Assembly (NCBI GenBank): GCA_044226625.1
Contig: JBGAGQ010000016.1
Coordinates: forward strand, 35,804-99,803
Length of the DNA: 64,000 bases
Source of the DNA: Thermoanaerobaculia bacterium
GTDB lineage: Bacteria > Acidobacteriota > Thermoanaerobaculia > Multivoradales > UBA5704
Direction: 5' to 3'
Positions 40,111 to 51,685 of this stretch are shown here, piece by piece. Position 1 is the first letter of the stretch, and each line of letters starts with the position of its first letter. Both the position numbers and the translations under genes were made by a program. The notes beneath the pieces were generated by a model, which was not told the origin of the DNA, ran no database searches, and saw only the letters and a list, made by a program, of their open reading frames with translations.

Positions 40111-40728
40111 ATGATCTTTCGACAGAAGATGGCGCGCGGGAACGTGGCCGATCGCGAGTTGCTCAAGGTGATCGACGACGCCTGGAGCGAGGCCGCTCGA
40201 CGCGCCGGGGATCACCTCGCCTGCCGTGTGGGCTGCACCGCTTGCTGCCACGGACCGTTCCCGATCAGCGCGCTCGACGCTCGTCGCCTCCGACGCGGGC
40301 TGGCGGAGCTGTCCACGAGGGAACCGGAACGGGCCGCCGTCATCTCGCGGCGAGCTCATGCGCAGAACGAGCGGTTCTGCTCCGAGGTTCTCGATGGCGA
40401 GGCGATCGATTCGGCCGAGGAGACCACCGCGATCGAATCGATCTGCGAGCGGCACGGCGACCTCCCGTGCCCGGCGCTCGACGTCGAGAGCGGCCGGTGC
40501 GAGCTGTACGAGCATCGCCCGCTCACCTGCCGGACCTTCGGGCCGCCGACGCGCTTCGGCGACGATCTCCTTCCGCCCTGCGACCTCTGCTTCGTCGGCG
40601 CTTCCGAAGAGGAGATCGAAGCCGCGCGCGTGGAGCCGGATCCGGAGGATCTCGAGGGGAGGATCTTGAGGACCCTGCCCGAGGGCGAACGCGAGACGTT
40701 GATCGCGTTTGCGCTCGGGAGAGATTGA
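40111..40728 (+). CDS. YkgJ-family cysteine-cluster (Zn/Fe-chelating) protein
   Basis: CRVGCTACC, CPALD..GRCELYEHRPLTCRTFG. Confidence 0.88.
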   Translation: MIFRQKMARGNVADRELLKVIDDAWSEAARRAGDHLACRVGCTACCHGPFPISALDARRLRRGLAELSTREPERAAVISRRAHAQNERFCSEVLDGEAIDSAEETTAIESICERHGDLPCPALDVESGRCELYEHRPLTCRTFGPPTRFGDDLLPPCDLCFVGASEEEIEAARVEPDPEDLEGRILRTLPEGERETLIAFALGRD

Positions 40729-40744
40729 CCTCGTTTGACCGCGC

Positions 40745-43624
<2,880 letters not shown>

Positions 43625-43878
43625 GGGGGTCGGTCTCCAGGGGATGGCGATGGAATCGAGCGGGATCGTCGCGCGAATCTTATCGCCCGACGAACGAATC
43701 TCGCCGACGTGCCCCACATTTCCCGTCTCGCAGCACTCTTCCCTTCTGGAAGGCCGTGGCGAGGAGGCCGTCGGATGTCGTCCCGCCATGATACTTTGAC
43801 CGGCTCCCGCACCGGGAAGAAGATTCCAGGCGCGCTGGAACGAAGCCCCCCGGGCGGAATTAGACGAGGATCCCCCAC

Positions 43879-45249
43879 ATGGACGACCAGACCCCCGCAG
43901 AGCCGCAGGAAACCCAACGTGACCCGGCTTCATCCGAACCGCAGGAATCCAGCGAGATTCAAGCCTCGGCCGAGCCGCAGGACCACGTGGCAGACCCGGC
44001 TCCCGAGCCGGAAGGCGCGCGGAGCGCCGATGAGCCCGCGGCGCCCGAAGGATTCGGCGAGATCCTCGCCCAGTTCGAGCAGAACAACGCCCCCGAGCGC
44101 AAGAACGACCCGCAGGTGGGCGGCAAGGTGAGCGGCACCGTGATCTCGATCGGCGAGGACACCACCCTGGTCGACATCGGCACGAAGTCGGAAGCCGTGA
44201 TTCCGACCGCGGACCTGCGCGACAAGGAAGGCAACGTCACCGTGGCGGTCGGCGCGAAGCTCGAGGCGACCGTGGCGGGCCGCGACCCGGAGACCAACGC
44301 GCTGCTGCTCAAGCGCAAGGTCTCCAAGAACGCCGCCCAGGCCGAGGCCGCGGCGGAGATCCGGCGCGCGTTCGAAAACCAGATGACGCTCGAGGGGCGG
44401 ATCACCGGCCTCAACAAAGGCGGCCTCGAGGTCGACGTCGCCGGCGTGCGCTGCTTCTGCCCGATCTCCCAGATCGAGAACCGTTTCGTCGAGGACGCGA
44501 GTCCCTACGTCGGCCAGACGTTGACCTTCCGGGTGCTCCGTTTCGAAGAGCCGACCGGCAACAACCGACGGCCGAACATCGTCCTGTCGCGCCGCTCGCT
44601 CCTCCAGGAGGAGGCCGAAGCGCGCGCGGCCGAGGTGCGCTCGACCCTGTCGATCGGCTCGGTGATCACCGGCCAGGTCACTTCGCTCACCTCGTACGGT
44701 GCGTTCATCGACCTCGGCGGCGTCGAGGGTCTGCTCCACGTCTCGGAGATCGGCCACTCGCGACTCGCCCGGCCGGAGGACGCGCTCGTGGTCGGTCAGG
44801 AGGTGGAGGTCCAGATCATCCGTATCGAGAAGGGCGCGGACCCCAAGCGCGGCGAGCGGATCTCGCTCTCGCGCAAGGCGCTCGAGCGCGACCCCTGGCG
44901 CGACGCCCCGGGCCGCTACCCCGAGCGTTCGATCGTCAACGGCCGGGTGGTCCGTCTCGAGACCTTCGGCGCGTTCGTCGAGCTCGAGCCGGGGCTCGAC
45001 GGCCTGCTCCACATCAGCGAGCTCGGCAGCAGCACGGGCCGTCGCCTGCAGCACGCCCGCGAGGCGCTGTCGGTCGGTCAGGAGCTGTCGGTCCGCGTGC
45101 TCGGGGTCGACACCGCGCGTCACCGCATCTCGCTCGGTCTCGGCGACGGCGGCGATGACCACCACGAGGACGACCTGCCGGAACCGCCGCGCTCGGCGCC
45201 CGCCGGGACGTTCGGCAGCCTCGGCGACTTCTTCAAGGGCCGTCGTTAG
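43879..45249 (+). CDS. Four-S1-domain RNA-binding protein (short ribosomal protein S1 homolog)
   Basis: Acidic N-terminus; LNKGGLEV..CFCPISQI, YGAFIDLGGVEGLLHVSE, FGAFVELEPGLDGLLHISE; tail FGSLGDFF. Confidence 0.85.
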   Translation: MDDQTPAEPQETQRDPASSEPQESSEIQASAEPQDHVADPAPEPEGARSADEPAAPEGFGEILAQFEQNNAPERKNDPQVGGKVSGTVISIGEDTTLVDIGTKSEAVIPTADLRDKEGNVTVAVGAKLEATVAGRDPETNALLLKRKVSKNAAQAEAAAEIRRAFENQMTLEGRITGLNKGGLEVDVAGVRCFCPISQIENRFVEDASPYVGQTLTFRVLRFEEPTGNNRRPNIVLSRRSLLQEEAEARAAEVRSTLSIGSVITGQVTSLTSYGAFIDLGGVEGLLHVSEIGHSRLARPEDALVVGQEVEVQIIRIEKGADPKRGERISLSRKALERDPWRDAPGRYPERSIVNGRVVRLETFGAFVELEPGLDGLLHISELGSSTGRRLQHAREALSVGQELSVRVLGVDTARHRISLGLGDGGDDHHEDDLPEPPRSAPAGTFGSLGDFFKGRR

Positions 45250-45280
45250 AACGCGGTTCGACGACAGCTCGGCGGGTTCG

Positions 45281-45309
45281 AAAGGGTGCGCTTCGGCGCA
45301 CCCTTTTTT
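45281..45309 (+). terminator. Intrinsic terminator, probably bidirectional
   Basis: AAAGGGTGCGC-TTCG-GCGCACCCTTTTTT between convergent genes. Confidence 0.9.
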
Positions 45310-45349
45310 CTTGTGCGCTCGGTCTTGGGCTCGGTGTTCTCGGACGCGG

Positions 45350-45694
45350 CTACGCCGCGAGCGCCCGGTCGGCCTTCGCCGCGAGCACGAAGTCGCTCTC
45401 GGTGAGGCCGTCGATCTTGTGGGTCCAGATCGTGATGCGCACCTTCCCCCAGGTGAGGTAGAGGTCGGGGTGGTGTCCCTCCTCTTCTGCCACCTTTCCC
45501 ACGCGGTTCACGAAAGCGAGCGCGGAGACGAAATCGGGGAAGGAGTATTCCTTCTCGAGGTGGTGCCCGGCGACGACCCGCCAGCCGTTGCCTCCCTCGC
45601 CGAGCCGGGCGAGCAGCGCGGAGGTCTGGGCCTCGCCCAGGGCGGGAACGTCGCCGCGGCACGGAACGCATTTCTGTTGGGCCAGGTCGCTCAT
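45350..45694 (-). CDS. phhB: Pterin-4-alpha-carbinolamine dehydratase
   Basis: AAGGAG RBS; CVPCRG, AEEEGHHPDL, WTHKIDGLTESDF. Confidence 0.92.
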   Translation of the reverse strand: MSDLAQQKCVPCRGDVPALGEAQTSALLARLGEGGNGWRVVAGHHLEKEYSFPDFVSALAFVNRVGKVAEEEGHHPDLYLTWGKVRITIWTHKIDGLTESDFVLAAKADRALAA

Positions 45695-45820
45695 CGCAGG
45701 CTCCTTTCGAAAAATCGGACCGCGCCAAGGGTACCCGCTTCCGGCCGTTCGAGCGAGGGCGAGGTCTCCGAGGGGCGATGATAAAGTTCGAGCAACCGAC
45801 CGATCCTCGCGAGAAGAACC

Positions 45821-46426
45821 ATGGCCTGGCAAAAGACGCTGCAACCCGGAGAGACCGTTCTCTACCGAGCGCACCTGACCCGTTGGGGGCTCGCGCTGCC
45901 GCTCGGGCTGGTCGTCCTCTCGCTCGCGCTGGGAGGCGTAGGGGGGAGCTTTCTCGCGCAGCCGCTCCTCTATCTCCTGGGCGGAGGGCTCGCGCTCGTC
46001 GCCGGCATCTGGGCGGCGGTTCGCTGGATCCAGCTCGCGAGCAACGTCTACGTCTTGACCGACCGCCGGGTGCTGCGCCAAGAAGGCTTGCTCGCCCGCA
46101 GCTCCAAAGACGCCTATCTAGACAAGATCAACAACGTCGAGCACTCACAAACTTTCGCGGGTCGCCTGTTCGGCTACGGCGACCTGGAGATCGACACCGC
46201 GAGCGAGACGGGCGCTTCGTACTTCCACCGGCTCGCGAACCCGCTCGGCTTCAAGAGCGCGATCCTCGCCGCCGCGGACGAGGTGCGCAACCACCGTGCC
46301 CGGCCGGTCGCGGCGGCGCCCACCGGAGCCGACCGGCTGCGCGAGCTCAAACGGCTGCTCGACGAAGGGCTGATCAGCGAGGCCGAGTTCGCGAAGAAGC
46401 GGGCGGAGCTGGTCGAGACGTTGTAG
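45821..46426 (+). CDS. Membrane protein with bacterial PH domain and C-terminal SHOCT
   Basis: Two TM segments; YVLTDRRV, GRLFGYGDL; LRELKRLLDEGLISEAEFAKKRAEL. Confidence 0.85.
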   Translation: MAWQKTLQPGETVLYRAHLTRWGLALPLGLVVLSLALGGVGGSFLAQPLLYLLGGGLALVAGIWAAVRWIQLASNVYVLTDRRVLRQEGLLARSSKDAYLDKINNVEHSQTFAGRLFGYGDLEIDTASETGASYFHRLANPLGFKSAILAAADEVRNHRARPVAAAPTGADRLRELKRLLDEGLISEAEFAKKRAELVETL

Positions 46427-46440
46427 GACTGCAAGCAGCC

Positions 46441-46632
46441 CCCACCTCGGTGCTCCCCCGCAAGCGGGGGAGGAAGATTCTCTTCGATCGCCTTCGTCCT
46501 CCTCCCAAGAGGCCTCACTTGGATGCTCCCCCGCAAGAGGGGGAGGAGGCGCTCGTTCGTTCCGGTTTTCCTCTGCCAGCCCTCGAAGAGTCCCTCCCTC
46601 ACGCGTGCGGGGGGCGGGTTGGGAGCGGGGCG
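46441..46632. repeat. Cluster of REP-like palindromes CTCCCCCGCAAGCGGGGGAG
   Basis: Copies at 46453 and 46526, and a degenerate inverted copy near 46591. Same family as 63052 and 63177. Confidence 0.75.
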
Positions 46633-46817
46633 CCCCAGATCCACCCCGCCCCTTCCAATGGGCACGGGACTACTAAATAGGCCTCGAACAAGGGAAATCT
46701 TCGATCTCACCCCTCCCTTTTCGAAAAACCCTGTGTTACATTTCTGTGCAATCGACGTAGCCGGGCTCGCGACGCGGCCCTCCAAGGCGACAACCCCCGG
46801 ATCGAGGAGTTCCATCG

Positions 46818-48128
46818 ATGCCGAACCGGACCGCATCGCGCCACCGCCGGTGGATTACCCCGCTCGTCCTGCTTTCGCTCACCGCCCTCTCGTTCGACCC
46901 TCTCTCTTCGCAGACCCTGATCGGCTCGCCCGAGTCGATGGACCGCCAGAACCGCCAGGCGGAGCTGCAAGCGTTCACCTACCTCAGGAATCCCGAGGAC
47001 ATCGAGGTCTTCGTCCGCCACGGCCTGCTGGTTTACGTGCCGGGTAACGGCGACTATCAGGTCGACGGCGCGTCGTTTCGTTACGCGCGGCCGGAAGTGA
47101 AGCGCTTCCTCGAGTGGATGGGTCATCTCGAGCGGGCCGGTTGCGGCGAGCCGCTGGTGGCGACCAGCCTGGTGCGGCCGAAGAGCCATCAGCCGCGCAA
47201 CGCTTCGATCCATTCGGTCCATCCGACCGGCATGGCGATGGACCTGCGCCGCAGCTTCCGGACCACCTGCCGGAGCCTGCTCGAGAGCACGCTGCTCGAC
47301 CTCGAAGGGCGCGGCATCCTCGAGGCGACCAAGGAGCGCTTCCCGGCGCACTACCACGTCGCCCTGTTCCCCGAGGCGTTCTCGAACTACCTGCTCGCGA
47401 TCGAAGGCGGTCGCAATCTGCCGCCCATCCAGACCGCCGATCTAGCCGGCCCACCGGTCGACACGATCGCCGAGTCGGCTCCGCCCGCGACTTCGGTCGC
47501 GGGGGCCGCGGGAAGCGTGGCGGCGCGCTCGGCCTCCGCAAGAGCGTCATACCACCGCGTCCGACGCGGCGACACGCTCGTCCGGATCGCCCGGCGCTAC
47601 GGCGTTTCGACCGACTCGCTCCGCCGCGCGAACGGCCTGCGGAGCAGCCGCCTGCTCTCTGGCCAGCGCCTGCGTATCCCGGGATCTTCCTCTTCGTCGT
47701 CCGCCCGCGCGAGCTCGGGCAAGATCTCCGTCCGCTGGTCCAGCTCGAAGAGCGCGGCGACCTCTGCCCGCACCGTGCGCGTCGGCCGCGGCGACACGCT
47801 CTCGACGCTCGCCGCCCGCCACGGCACGACGGTGGCGTCGCTGCGCAAGGCGAACGGCCTGCGCGGCAGCTCGGTGCGCGCCGGTCAGCTGCTCAAGGTC
47901 CCCTCCTCCGGCTCGTCATCGATCGCCGCCAAGAGCGGGAAGAGCGGCAAGTCCACGCGGCACGCCTCGCCCTCTTCGCGGTCCAAGCGCGTGCGCGTCG
48001 GCCGCGGCGAGACGCTCTGGCAGATCGCACAGCGCAACGGCGTGTCGGTCGCGAGCCTCCAGAAGGCGAACGGCCTGCGCGGCGGCAGCGTCAAAGCCGG
48101 CCAGATGCTGTCGATCCCCGAGCGGTAG
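46818..48128 (+). CDS. Secreted DUF5715-like (M15/LAS metallopeptidase-like) protein with 3 LysM domains
   Basis: Signal peptide; TSLVR, SVHPTGMAMDL, HYHV; three V.RG(D/E)TL..(I/L)A.R.G LysM repeats. Confidence 0.85.
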   Translation: MPNRTASRHRRWITPLVLLSLTALSFDPLSSQTLIGSPESMDRQNRQAELQAFTYLRNPEDIEVFVRHGLLVYVPGNGDYQVDGASFRYARPEVKRFLEWMGHLERAGCGEPLVATSLVRPKSHQPRNASIHSVHPTGMAMDLRRSFRTTCRSLLESTLLDLEGRGILEATKERFPAHYHVALFPEAFSNYLLAIEGGRNLPPIQTADLAGPPVDTIAESAPPATSVAGAAGSVAARSASARASYHRVRRGDTLVRIARRYGVSTDSLRRANGLRSSRLLSGQRLRIPGSSSSSSARASSGKISVRWSSSKSAATSARTVRVGRGDTLSTLAARHGTTVASLRKANGLRGSSVRAGQLLKVPSSGSSSIAAKSGKSGKSTRHASPSSRSKRVRVGRGETLWQIAQRNGVSVASLQKANGLRGGSVKAGQMLSIPER

Positions 48129-48244
48129 CCGAGCTCGAACCGCGCGCGAGCCCCCGAGCGCGGCTCGAACCCGAAGACTCGACGAGAGGTTCGGACTAGA
48201 CTTCCGGCGCTGCACTTTCCGTGTACCGTCCTGGAGGTCTCGCC

Positions 48245-49036
48245 ATGGATCACGTCTCGCGCCGCTCCGTCCGCCGTTCTCCGCTCCTCCTCTGCACCGC
48301 GCTCCTGCTCGCCGTACCGGGTGCTTTTACCGCTCCGGCAGCCGCGGCGGCCACCGCCCCGTCGACCCCCGAGCAGCTCGCCCAGCGCGTTCTCGACGCG
48401 ATGGGAGGCCAGAAAGCTTGGGATGGCACGCGATTCCTCCACTTCACGTTCGCCGGCCGCCGCAGCCATTGGTGGGACCGCTACGACGGACGCCATCGGG
48501 TCGAAGGGAAGACGAAAGACGGAAAGTCCTACGTGGTGCTCGAGAACGTCCAGTCCAAAGAAGGGACCGCCTACCTCGACGGCCTGAAGCAGGAGGGCGA
48601 GAGCGCTGCCGAGCTGCTGAAGCTCGCCTACGGCACCTGGGTGAACGATACCTACTGGCTGATCATGCCTTACAAGCTGCGCGACCCCGGAGTCCATCTC
48701 GCCCTGGACGGCGAAGAGACCATCGACGGCACGACCTACGACAAGCTCGCGGTTTCGTTCGATCACGTCGGGCTCACCCCCGGCGACCGCTATTGGGCGT
48801 ACGTCAACCGGACGACGGGCATGATGGACCGCTGGGCGTTCCTGCTCGAGGACGCCAAGCCCGGCGAGGGACCGTCCCCCTGGGCCTGGACGGGGTGGCA
48901 GCGCTACGGCGGCATCCAGCTCTCCCCGCATCGGGTCCAGATCGGCGGCGAGCGCACGCTCGAGCTGGGCGAGATCTCGGTCGCGCCGATCGCCGACGTG
49001 GCGTTCACCTCCCCGGCGCCGGTCGCCGCCCCGTGA
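48245..49036 (+). CDS. Secreted hypothetical protein
   Basis: GGAGG RBS; signal peptide; AMGG..AW, NDTYWLIMPYKLRDPG, GLTPGDRYW. Confidence 0.75.
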   Translation: MDHVSRRSVRRSPLLLCTALLLAVPGAFTAPAAAAATAPSTPEQLAQRVLDAMGGQKAWDGTRFLHFTFAGRRSHWWDRYDGRHRVEGKTKDGKSYVVLENVQSKEGTAYLDGLKQEGESAAELLKLAYGTWVNDTYWLIMPYKLRDPGVHLALDGEETIDGTTYDKLAVSFDHVGLTPGDRYWAYVNRTTGMMDRWAFLLEDAKPGEGPSPWAWTGWQRYGGIQLSPHRVQIGGERTLELGEISVAPIADVAFTSPAPVAAP

Positions 49037-49899
49037 TCCGGAAACGCATCGTCTCGCTGGTCCCCAACGGCACGGAGATCCTCTTCGCCCTCGGCGCGGG
49101 CGAACAGGTCGTCGGAGTGAGCCACGAGTGCGACTTCCCCCCAGAAGCCAGGCGACGGCCGATCCTCACCGGCAGCGCGCTCCCCCAGGACCTAGCGCCC
49201 GCCGAGATCGACCGCGCGGTCTCGGCGCAGGTGGGCCAGTCGCTCAGCCTCTACACGATCGACGACCAGATGCTCGCGCGGCTCGCTCCCGAGATCATCG
49301 TCACCCAGGAGCTCTGCCCCGTCTGCGCCGTGAGCACCGAGCAAGTCGCCGGGGCGGTCGCCCCGCTTCCTCGCTGTCCCGAGGTTCTGTCCCTCGACCC
49401 CCATCGGTTGGCCGACGTGCTCGCGGACATTCGCATCGTCGGCCGGGTGATCGATCGCGAAACCGAAGCCGACGAGCTGGTCGCCGGGCTCGAAGCGCGC
49501 CTCGCCGCGGTGCGATCGAAACCCATCGCGGCGCCCCCAAAAGTCCTAGCCTTCGAATGGCTCGAGCCGCCTTTCGCGGGCGGCCACTGGGTGCCGGAGA
49601 TGATCGCCACGGCGGGAGGTATCGACGTCGTGGCGGCCCCGGGCGACGCGTCGCGAAGGCTCACCTGGCAGGAGGTCGCCGCGCTCGATCCGGATCTCAT
49701 CGTAGTCATGCCCTGCGGCTTCGACGAAGCAGGAGCCCAAGCACAGATCGAGCGGATCGCAGACCTCGAAGAATGGACCTCTCTGCGAGCGGTACGCCAG
49801 GGACGCGTCTTCCCAGTCGACGCAAACGGCTGCTTCAGCCGCCCGGGCCCACGCCTCCTCGACGGAATCGAGCGCCTGGCCGAGATTTTTCGCACCTAG
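49033..49899 (+). CDS. BtuF-like (cobalamin/Fe-siderophore) binding protein, no obvious signal peptide
   Basis: RIVSLVPNGTEILFALG, VSHECDFP, TQELCPVCAV, GHWVPEM, FSRPGPRL. Confidence 0.85.
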   Translation: MIRKRIVSLVPNGTEILFALGAGEQVVGVSHECDFPPEARRRPILTGSALPQDLAPAEIDRAVSAQVGQSLSLYTIDDQMLARLAPEIIVTQELCPVCAVSTEQVAGAVAPLPRCPEVLSLDPHRLADVLADIRIVGRVIDRETEADELVAGLEARLAAVRSKPIAAPPKVLAFEWLEPPFAGGHWVPEMIATAGGIDVVAAPGDASRRLTWQEVAALDPDLIVVMPCGFDEAGAQAQIERIADLEEWTSLRAVRQGRVFPVDANGCFSRPGPRLLDGIERLAEIFRT

Positions 49900-50036
49900 A
49901 AGCTTGCTCCGAGAAGCTCGCCCCCGCAAGCGCCGTTTCGGCAGCCCACCCACGGTAGCGCGCGCGGGAAACCGGCACGGTGGGGCCCGCGAAAGCGACT
50001 GGCAGCGCCGCAGGCGCGCACCCGAAGGAGCCGAGC

Positions 50037-50119
50037 GGGCCCCACCGGGTCGGTCCCCGCGCACGCGGCCTCGCAGGGCCCCAGGTCGGTCCCCGCGCAC
50101 GCGGCCTCGAAGGGCCCCC
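50037..50119. repeat. Intergenic tandem duplication (about 36-39 bp, two copies)
   Basis: GGTCGGTCCCCGCGCACGCGGCCTCG occurs twice, each copy preceded by GGGCCCC. Confidence 0.8.
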
Positions 50120-50167
50120 TCCCCCCGGTAGCGCCCTAAGCGCCGCCCCTGATAGCCTCATCGACAA

Positions 50168-51586
50168 ATGAGAATCTCAGCGCTCGCCCTCGCCGGATGG
50201 CTCGCCCTTGCCCTCCTCGCCGCCCCCGTCTCCCCCCTCGAGGCGCAGGCCCTTCGCGGCGGTCCGCTTCCGACGCCGTTGCCGCTCCTCCCACCCGACA
50301 ACTGGTGGAACGTCGACATATCGGCGGCGCCGGTCGACACGAACAGCGCGGGCTTCATCTCCTTCATCGGCGCCACGCGGGGGCTCCATCCCGACTTCGG
50401 CGGCGACGAGGACCCGACCGACCCGAACAACACCAATATTTACGGCATGGTCTACATCACGGTCCCGGGCAACCAGGCGCTCCAGGGTGTGACCTTCGTC
50501 GAGTTCGGCAGCCAGAGCGACGCGGGCGCGCCCGGCAAGGCGGCCGGATATCCCATCCCGGTCGAGGCGCGCACCCAACCGAGGTGGATCGAAGGGGGAA
50601 CCCCTGGCGGCGGGGCCAGCGGCGACCACCACATGCTGATCGTCGATCGGGACAACCGCTTCCTGTACGAGCTGTACCACGCCCATTGGAACGCGGCCTT
50701 GAGCCGATGGGAGGCGGGCTCCGGCGCGATCTTCAACCTGGACGCGAACGGCCGCCGGCCCGAGGGGTGGACCAGCGCCGACGCGGCGGGGCTCGCGATC
50801 CTTCCCGGCCTCGTGCGCTACGACGAGGCGTTCGGCACGGCGCCGATCAAGCACGCCTTTCGCTTCACCACCCGCGACACGAACGGCCACGTCTACCCGG
50901 CGTCCCACACCGCCTGCAATACCTGCGCGGCGGCGGCCCCGCCGATGGGTACCCGCCTTCGGCTCAAGGCGAGCGTGAACCTCTCGGGCTACACGCCGGA
51001 GGTGCAGCGTATCTTCCAGGCGATGAAGACCTACGGCTTGATCCTCGCGGACAACGGCTCGGACATGTATATCCAGGGCACCTACGACACGCGCTGGAAC
51101 AACGACGTCCTGAACCCGGCGTTCGCGAGCCTCAAGGCCTCCGACTTCGAGGTGATTCAGCGCGGCTGGCGCCCCGTCGTCACCACGACCTCGCCCGCGG
51201 CCAACTTCTACACCATCTCCCCCTGCCGGCTGCTCGACACGCGCGATCCATATGGCGCCTGGGGCGGTCCCTGGCTGGGGCCGAACCAGCAGCGGGTGAT
51301 CCGCACGACCGGACGGTGCGGCATCCCGGCGACCGCGAAGGCGATCTCGGCGAACATCAGCATCGTCACCGCCTCCTTGGGCGGCTATCTCCGCTCGTTC
51401 CCAGGCGACTTCGACACGGATGCGGTACCGAACACTTACCTGATCAACTTCCGCCCGACCCAGACCCGCACCAACAACGCGATTCTCCGGCTCTCCGGCT
51501 CGGGATCCGGCACCTTCGGCCTCCAGCATCTCGGCTCCGGGGCATCCATCCACGTGGTGATCGACGTCAACGGCTGGTTCGAGTAG
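50168..51586 (+). CDS. Secreted hypothetical protein with C-terminal 'PCRLLDTR...DVNGWFE' domain
   Basis: Signal peptide; WTSADAAGL.ILPGLVRYDE, YGLILADNGS; C-terminal YTISPCRLLDTR..CGIP..A.AISAN. Confidence 0.8.
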   Translation: MRISALALAGWLALALLAAPVSPLEAQALRGGPLPTPLPLLPPDNWWNVDISAAPVDTNSAGFISFIGATRGLHPDFGGDEDPTDPNNTNIYGMVYITVPGNQALQGVTFVEFGSQSDAGAPGKAAGYPIPVEARTQPRWIEGGTPGGGASGDHHMLIVDRDNRFLYELYHAHWNAALSRWEAGSGAIFNLDANGRRPEGWTSADAAGLAILPGLVRYDEAFGTAPIKHAFRFTTRDTNGHVYPASHTACNTCAAAAPPMGTRLRLKASVNLSGYTPEVQRIFQAMKTYGLILADNGSDMYIQGTYDTRWNNDVLNPAFASLKASDFEVIQRGWRPVVTTTSPAANFYTISPCRLLDTRDPYGAWGGPWLGPNQQRVIRTTGRCGIPATAKAISANISIVTASLGGYLRSFPGDFDTDAVPNTYLINFRPTQTRTNNAILRLSGSGSGTFGLQHLGSGASIHVVIDVNGWFE

Positions 51587-51685
51587 CGCCCGACCGTAAC
51601 CTTCCATAGCTTCCGCGTCGGCAGGGAGCCGGCGCGCTGCCGCATTGCGTTGTTTCGCCGTGCGCTATGCTCAAACTTCCCCACC

